This document shows positions 57,229 to 64,000 of a DNA stretch of 64,000 nt, piece after piece. Below the pieces are notes generated by a model. It ran no database searches. It was given only the letters and a program-made list of their open reading frames with translations, and was not told the origin of the DNA. Every line of letters begins with the position of its first letter. Position 1 is the stretch's first letter. Both the position numbers and the translations under genes were made by a program. The stretch is from Phaeosaccion multiseriatum (taxonomy: Eukaryota > Protista > Ochrophyta, other classes), in contig CBCOSG010000003.1 in NCBI GenBank assembly GCA_965112735.1, positions 1-64,000 on the forward strand, written 5' to 3'.

Positions 57229-57265
57229 AATAATTTTTCTTATTCTAATATATTATTTAAGTTAT

Positions 57266-57691
57266 TTATTCACTAATTGTAATACCCATATTTTTGGCAG
57301 TTCCTGCTACTATTTTAACAGCACTTTCTAAACTAATTGTATTCAGATCAGGTAATTTAATTTTTGCAATATCTTCCAACTGTTCTTTAGTAATAGAAGC
57401 TACAATAATTTTATTAGGTTCAGAAGAACCTTTTTTAATTTTAGCGGCTTTAATTAATAGAACAGAAGCAGGAGGAGTTTTTAAGATAAAAGAATATGAA
57501 CGATCTTCATAAACTGAAATTTCTACTGGGATTATTAGATCTCCTTTATCAGCTGTCTTTTCATTATATTCTTTACAGAATGCTGCGATATTAACGCCAT
57601 GTTGACTTAAGGCTGGCCCAACGGGAGGTGCTGGAATAGCTTTACCAGCTTTTAAAGCTAACTTGATAAGAGCAGAAATTTTTTTGGCCAT
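57266..57691 (-). CDS. rpl11: 50S ribosomal protein L11
   Basis: [17 protein letters not shown]. Confidence 0.98.
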   Translation of the reverse strand: MAKKISALIKLALKAGKAIPAPPVGPALSQHGVNIAAFCKEYNEKTADKGDLIIPVEISVYEDRSYSFILKTPPASVLLIKAAKIKKGSSEPNKIIVASITKEQLEDIAKIKLPDLNTISLESAVKIVAGTAKNMGITISE

Positions 57692-57796
57692 AGTTTGTTT
57701 AGTATTTAATTTAATAAAATTATTCTATATTTAAAATCCTACCTATAGGTATACCTTAAAATTGTTTTGTTTACTAGAGATAAAATTATTCAATAT

Positions 57797-57869
57797 CACG
57801 CCTTGAAGGACTTGAACCCTCGACATTAGGTTTTGGAGACCTACGTTCTACCAACTGAACTAAAGACGC
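57797..57869 (-). tRNA. trnW: tRNA-Trp(CCA)
   Basis: GCGTCTTTAGTTCAG...CTCCAAA...GGTTCAAGTCC. Confidence 0.96.
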
Positions 57870-57891
57870 GCACACTAGAAGTTAGTACAAA

Positions 57892-57981
57892 GTTTAGACC
57901 TGCTTACAAATAATTGCAAAAATGTGCTGCTTTTTATTAAAACCTGACACGTTGTATTTACATTTTTGTACAGATCTAAAC
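57892..57981 (-). ncRNA. ffs: Signal recognition particle RNA (4.5S type)
   Basis: Rod hairpin GTTTAGATCTG.../...CAGGTCTAAAC carrying the domain IV motif GTG-TCAGG-TTT-AATA-AAA-AGCAG-CAC; consensus promoter directly upstream. Confidence 0.8.
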
Positions 57982-57989
57982 CGTATTTT

Positions 57990-58019
57990 ATTATAAACAA
58001 AAAGTTGATTAAATGTCAA
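57990..58019 (-). promoter_or_regulatory. Consensus sigma70-type promoter for ffs-trnW
   Basis: Minus strand TTGACA-N18-TATAAT ending ~8 nt before the ffs stem. Confidence 0.75.
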
Positions 58020-58027
58020 TATTATAT

Positions 58028-58156
58028 TTAAAAACTTGGAAAAGTTAAAGCGTCGGGATAAAAACGATTCACTTCAATTATAAATCCTGCTGTAAAAGTC
58101 ATCCATGCAGCTAATAAAACGGGTGCCATGGTAAGATATTTTAAAAAATTACTCAT
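58028..58156 (-). CDS. psaJ: Photosystem I subunit IX (42 aa, not in ORF track)
   Basis: Manual translation [42 protein letters not shown]. Confidence 0.97.
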   Translation of the reverse strand: MSNFLKYLTMAPVLLAAWMTFTAGFIIEVNRFYPDALTFPSF

Positions 58157-58228
58157 TTAAATCAATTCCTTAAATATTTATTTATTGTTAAATGAAGATA
58201 AATATGGAAATTTAGAATACTTAAAATT

Positions 58229-58786
58229 CTATCTAGGAGAAATAGTAATTTCAGAAGAATCTGCTAATAAATCACCAGTAATGTACTCTTTCCAAGCAGA
58301 AACTGGCCAAATAAATCCACTAGACATAATTGTCAATGCTAATGGAACATCAATAAGAATTTCTTGTTGTGTAGGATTTGCAGTAGTACTAACCGTACGT
58401 ATATATTTTCGTCCAACCCAACCAATCCAGCCAGTAATATAAAGAAATACAATTCCAGGAATTAAAAATTCTGCAGCATGACTCCATCTTCCATCTGTAA
58501 TTAAATGGGGCAATCCATCTTTACCACAAAGTAATCCTGAGTGTGAATACCGATCAAATCTTACTTTAGTACGTTCAATTTGTTGTTCTAAAGCTAATGC
58601 CGGTGGAGAATTAGGTTCATATTTTTTTACTCGTCCTTCCAGTTTTTTAATACTAGTATTTAACCGTTTAGAAAATACAGTTGATTCATTACAAGGTGTC
58701 AAATTTGCTACATCTGCGAATACAAAATTTGGCATGGTAATGCAACAAGTAAAAAAAACAAAACAAAATTTCTTAAAAATCGTCAT
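58229..58786 (-). CDS. psaF: Photosystem I subunit III
   Basis: [30 protein letters not shown]. Confidence 0.98.
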   Translation of the reverse strand: MTIFKKFCFVFFTCCITMPNFVFADVANLTPCNESTVFSKRLNTSIKKLEGRVKKYEPNSPPALALEQQIERTKVRFDRYSHSGLLCGKDGLPHLITDGRWSHAAEFLIPGIVFLYITGWIGWVGRKYIRTVSTTANPTQQEILIDVPLALTIMSSGFIWPVSAWKEYITGDLLADSSEITISPR

Positions 58787-58908
58787 TTCTCTAATTTTTT
58801 TTTTATATTAGGTTTAATAAAAAGCGCCGTAAAATAAATGTATTAAATTTTATTTTTCGTTTAATCCAAAACTATTTTACTTATTTATTCTATTAAGAAA
58901 AAGTAATT

Positions 58909-59868
58909 TTAGAAATTTAACTCGGCAGCTTGAACTTTTTCAAACTGTTTTTTCTTAATTACTAAGAATATTTGTGTTAGTAAAACTAATAAAGTAAAAA
59001 TCATATAACCAATAATTCGATTTGGACTTTGTAAAACAATCTCTGTCTCGGTTTGACCAAATCCTCCAACATTAGGATCTTTTGTTAATGGTTGATCAAC
59101 TTGAATAACATCTTTTTCTTTTATAATTAATGATAAACCATTTGGAACAGTTTGGTTAACTTCATTTCCATCATTTGTTAACACTGTTAAATTCATACCG
59201 CCTTTATCTAAAGGACTAATTTGTTTGATTTGACCACTAACTGTAGATATGATAGAATTATTATTACTTTTTTCACCAGTTGGATAAATTTGTCCTCTAC
59301 CTCTATTTGCTCCCACATAAATAGGGTATTTAACAAAATTAATTTTTTTATTTGTAGCCGGATCCGGAGAAAGAACAGGAAATATAATTTCTTGATGTTG
59401 ATCACCAGAAATTGGGCCAACTACTAAAATATTATCTTGTGTTGAACTATAAGGCGCTATATAAACACCTTTACTTTTATCTTTAATTTCTTGAGAAATT
59501 CTATCTTTTGGAGCTAGTTTAAAACCTTCAGGCAAAATAACAACAGCACCAACATTTAAGGGTCCTAATGTACCATTTCCTTGAATTTGCTTAACATCTT
59601 TATTATAAGGAATTTTAACCATAGTTTCAAAAACTTGGTCGGGTAAGATTGCTTGCGGAGCTTCAATTTCAACAGGTTTCTGTGCAAGATGACAATTAGC
59701 ACAAGCAATTCTACCATTCGCTGCACGTGGATTAGTGTAGGCTTGTTGTGCATAAACGGGGTATGCATCAGATTTTTCAATTGAAAAATTAAAAGTTAAA
59801 CATAAAAAGCTCAATAAAATAACAGAAATTTCAACAATTTTATTTAACTTAAATTTAGAGTTCTTCAT
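58909..59868 (-). CDS. petA: Apocytochrome f
   Basis: YPVYAQQ..CANCH heme motif. Confidence 0.99.
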   Translation of the reverse strand: MKNSKFKLNKIVEISVILLSFLCLTFNFSIEKSDAYPVYAQQAYTNPRAANGRIACANCHLAQKPVEIEAPQAILPDQVFETMVKIPYNKDVKQIQGNGTLGPLNVGAVVILPEGFKLAPKDRISQEIKDKSKGVYIAPYSSTQDNILVVGPISGDQHQEIIFPVLSPDPATNKKINFVKYPIYVGANRGRGQIYPTGEKSNNNSIISTVSGQIKQISPLDKGGMNLTVLTNDGNEVNQTVPNGLSLIIKEKDVIQVDQPLTKDPNVGGFGQTETEIVLQSPNRIIGYMIFTLLVLLTQIFLVIKKKQFEKVQAAELNF

Positions 59869-59928
59869 TCAAAACTTTTAGTACCATATAAAATTTTCAA
59901 TATAGTTTTATAGAAAGGATATTTTTGA

Positions 59929-60702
59929 TTAGGTGCTTCGGTTTTTAACAATAGCTAAGGATACGATGCAACCACTTAGATATAATAAAAACAATGCTCC
60001 CGCAAGTAATAATTGGGTAAAAGGGTCAGCAGAAGGGGTTAAAATTGCTCCTATAATAGTTGAGAAAATAATCATGTAACGCCAACCTTGTAACATTTTT
60101 CTAGGGTCTATTAATTGCGATAAACTAAAAAGAACTTGTAAAATTGGAACCTGAAAAACAATTCCAGTACTCAAAAATAAAACAGAAATAAAGTTAAAAT
60201 ACTGATTGAATGATAAAAGAGGCTCTAACACCGGAGAACTATAATCAATAAAAAATTGTAAAGCAGCTGGTGTTAAAATAAAATAAGAAAAAAGAAGTCC
60301 TAATATAAATAACAAAATTGAACTTATCAATAATCCTAATACAAGTGTTTTCTCAGACTTATTTAATCCTGGAAGTAAAAAAAAAATTAGTTGACTAAGA
60401 ATAATAGGTAGACTAAAGAGTAAGCCACTATAAAATGCAATACTTAATGTTGAAACAAAATATTCACCAGGAGAAGATTGAAAAAATTTGACCCCTTTTA
60501 TTGGTAATTCTAGCCACTTAACAATGTACTGCACATTAATAAAAGATATCAGTATACTTAAAATTATTATGCCAAAAACTTGAATTAATCTCTGTCTTAC
60601 TTCTTCAATATGCTCATCAAAAAATAATTCAACCATATTATTATCTGAAACATTTGACTGTTTATTTTCAATAAGAAACTTGAAATAGTAATTGTAAAGC
60701 AT
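59929..60702 (-). CDS. tatC: Twin-arginine translocase TatC (start codon uncertain)
   Basis: HIEEVRQR, FLLPGL, AILTPSADP. Confidence 0.95.
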   Translation of the reverse strand: MLYNYYFKFLIENKQSNVSDNNMVELFFDEHIEEVRQRLIQVFGIIILSILISFINVQYIVKWLELPIKGVKFFQSSPGEYFVSTLSIAFYSGLLFSLPIILSQLIFFLLPGLNKSEKTLVLGLLISSILLFILGLLFSYFILTPAALQFFIDYSSPVLEPLLSFNQYFNFISVLFLSTGIVFQVPILQVLFSLSQLIDPRKMLQGWRYMIIFSTIIGAILTPSADPFTQLLLAGALFLLYLSGCIVSLAIVKNRST

Positions 60703-60720
60703 CTTGAAAATATGTTAAAT

Positions 60721-61131
60721 CTAATTTAAATAATTAAATGCCAACACTCTAGCACTAGCACGTTTTAATTTTTGAATAGTTTCAAATTTTTCTTTTATAG
60801 TAATTGGCTTTGTTTCTGGATCTAAAGCTTCTTTTGTTAAAGAAGTTAAAATCTCATTAGCCTCATCTAAAGTAATTGTGATCTCTTCAACATCTCGAAC
60901 AAGAACAGTTAATTCATTATTAGCGACAACGGCACAACCTTCTGATAAAAGTATAGGTTTCCAAACTTCATCAATTTTAATTCTAAATAAACCCACTTCT
61001 ATAGCTGTAACTAATGGTATATGACCAGGTAGTATTCCTACTTGACCAGTTAATGTTGGTAAAATAGCCTGATCGGCCATTGTATCCCAGAGAATGCCAT
61101 CTGTAGACATTAAAAGAATTTTTAAACTCAT
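60721..61131 (-). CDS. atpE: ATP synthase CF1 epsilon
   Basis: LPTLTGQVGILPGHIPL; follows atpB. Confidence 0.95.
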   Translation of the reverse strand: MSLKILLMSTDGILWDTMADQAILPTLTGQVGILPGHIPLVTAIEVGLFRIKIDEVWKPILLSEGCAVVANNELTVLVRDVEEITITLDEANEILTSLTKEALDPETKPITIKEKFETIQKLKRASARVLAFNYLN

Positions 61132-61158
61132 AATAAATTTTGTAATTTTAATTTTATT

Positions 61159-62610
<1,452 letters not shown>

Positions 62611-62644
62611 TTATATATAAAAATTAATAGGGTTTCAAATTAAA

Positions 62645-63163
62645 TTAAAAGTTTTTTACAGTTAATCGTCCAGTTGTTCTAAGCCAGTTTTGGGCTTCAA
62701 TATAATTATTAGGGGCTAAGTTTACTGCTTGTTTCCAATATTCAGCTGCTTTATCAAATAAAATTGTTGCAACTTCTGTATTTTGTTTTTCTGAAGCTTT
62801 AACTCCTTGGTAATGGTATATAACTGCTACATTGTTTAAAGCTTGAAATAAATTTGAATTTAGTTCAATAGCTTGATGATAATACTCTAATGCTTTAATG
62901 TATTCACCATTACTTGCATATATCAAACCAATGTTATAAAGGATAAAACTTCGATCATAAAGATCTTCTTCCATTTGTAACGCTTCATAATAATTTTCTA
63001 ATGCTTCAGCATATTCTCCTTCAGACTGGGCTGAAAGTCCATCCCTGTAATAAAAAAAAGCCTGTTTTTCTTCTTTGCTTGCGGGAAATACTTTAAGTAG
63101 AATATCCGCCATAACCGTGAAAGTTTTGTCAATGAAATTATCATTTCTTTGTGAACGCCCCAT
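62645..63163 (-). CDS. ycf3: PSI assembly TPR protein Ycf3
   Basis: [22 protein letters not shown]. Confidence 0.98.
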   Translation of the reverse strand: MGRSQRNDNFIDKTFTVMADILLKVFPASKEEKQAFFYYRDGLSAQSEGEYAEALENYYEALQMEEDLYDRSFILYNIGLIYASNGEYIKALEYYHQAIELNSNLFQALNNVAVIYHYQGVKASEKQNTEVATILFDKAAEYWKQAVNLAPNNYIEAQNWLRTTGRLTVKNF

Positions 63164-63248
63164 ATTTTAGCTCACCTTAGTTATTATAAAATAACCGAAA
63201 AAGTATTATTAGTTTGTTTTTTTATACTACGTATAGACTATTATTAAA

Positions 63249-63464
63249 TTAATCATCTCTAGAGTTTAACGCAAGCAAGTGCAAAATACGTGCACGTTTT
63301 ACTGATTTAGTCAATTGGTGCTGTTGTTTTAAAGTTAAACGGGTTACTCGACGAGGTAATATTTTTCCCCGGACACTTAAAAAAGATTTTAATAAATCTA
63401 TATCTTTATAATCAATAATTTGCTTAGGGGGCAATGACTGTGGACGACGTTTAATAAAAGGCAT
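63249..63464 (-). CDS. rps18: 30S ribosomal protein S18
   Basis: [18 protein letters not shown]. Confidence 0.96.
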   Translation of the reverse strand: MPFIKRRPQSLPPKQIIDYKDIDLLKSFLSVRGKILPRRVTRLTLKQQHQLTKSVKRARILHLLALNSRDD

Positions 63465-63468
63465 AAAT

Positions 63469-63663
63469 TTATTTTGTTTCTTTGTGAATAATATGTGAAT
63501 TACAATTCGAGCAAAATTTTTTTAACTCTATCCGGTTTGGCGTGGTACGGCGATTTTTTTCCGTACTGTAACGTGAAACACCTGGCGAACGTTTCATTGT
63601 TTCTGTTTTACAATTTGTACATTCTAATGTAACTAAAATCCTAACACCTTTGCTTTTGGCCAT
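63469..63663 (-). CDS. rpl33: 50S ribosomal protein L33
   Basis: [21 protein letters not shown]. Confidence 0.97.
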   Translation of the reverse strand: MAKSKGVRILVTLECTNCKTETMKRSPGVSRYSTEKNRRTTPNRIELKKFCSNCNSHIIHKETK

Positions 63664-63895
63664 AAATTTAAAAAGAGTTTTTCTTACATAGTATTATATA
63701 AATTTAAATATAAAAGCAAGCTTTATATTTTACTTTATGGAATACTACCTAAGAATTTTTTTTACAGGTTGACATAGTTAATGTATAATAGCTTATAATA
63801 TTATCCACATACTATAGAAATATAGACATAAATAACTCAGATTCTAGTTTTTGTTATTTATACCGTTTTAAAGTTTAACTAACCACAATTATTAT

Positions 63896-64000
63896 ATGGC
63901 TAATTCCAAATCAGCAACTAAAAGAATAAAAGTAAATAAAAGAAATCATGATAGAAATTTAAATATTAAATCAAGTATGAAAACTTTTATAAAAAAATAT
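63896..64000 (+). CDS. rps20: 30S ribosomal protein S20 (3' end outside window)
   Basis: Manual translation MANSKSATKRIKVNKRNHDRNLNIKSSMKTFIKKY. Confidence 0.93.
   Translation, partial: MANSKSATKRIKVNKRNHDRNLNIKSSMKTFIKKY

Noticed and set aside
63769-63799. TTGACA...TATAAT promoter before rps20
   Set aside because: Spacers are 9 or 19 nt, outside the optimum, in a very AT-rich background; not supportable

Overview
AT-rich plastid genome of a red-lineage alga, most likely a non-diatom ochrophyte. This is inferred from ycf54, tsf, thiG, ycf39, tatC, secA, ccs1/ccsA and a Zn-ribbon-type rpl36; a large IR with a tiny SSC is reminiscent of chrysophyte/synurophyte-type plastomes, but the taxon is not certain. 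Positions 1-9668 and 12686-22354 are the two arms of a large inverted repeat (psbA, trnL, rpl32, psbY, secA, ycf54, an orphan insert, trnN, thiG, psaC, ccsA, rpl21) around a ~3 kb small single-copy (SSC) region. The SSC reads as a garbled pseudo-palindrome, best explained as a consensus of both flip-flop orientations: rpl27, a hidden divergent dnaB, a broken ccs1 and a start-less rpl34 can be recovered from it. Next come the rRNA operon (minus), psaM, rpoB-rpoC1-rpoC2-rps2-tsf, the large ribosomal protein/tufA/secY/rpoA cluster (minus), ycf39, rpl11-rpl1-rpl12, trnW, an SRP RNA gene (ffs), psaF/J, petA, tatC, atpB/E, ycf3, rps18, rpl33 and the start of rps20. The best candidate for new biology is a GC-richer, foreign-looking cassette in the IR next to trnN: a frameshifted ~137-aa Cys-motif ORF, a 28-bp hairpin and a ~250-nt multi-stem element. 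Three essential genes (rpoC1, rps2, rps5) are split at poly-A runs, probably through homopolymer errors. All analysis was by eye; no searches or folding programs were run.
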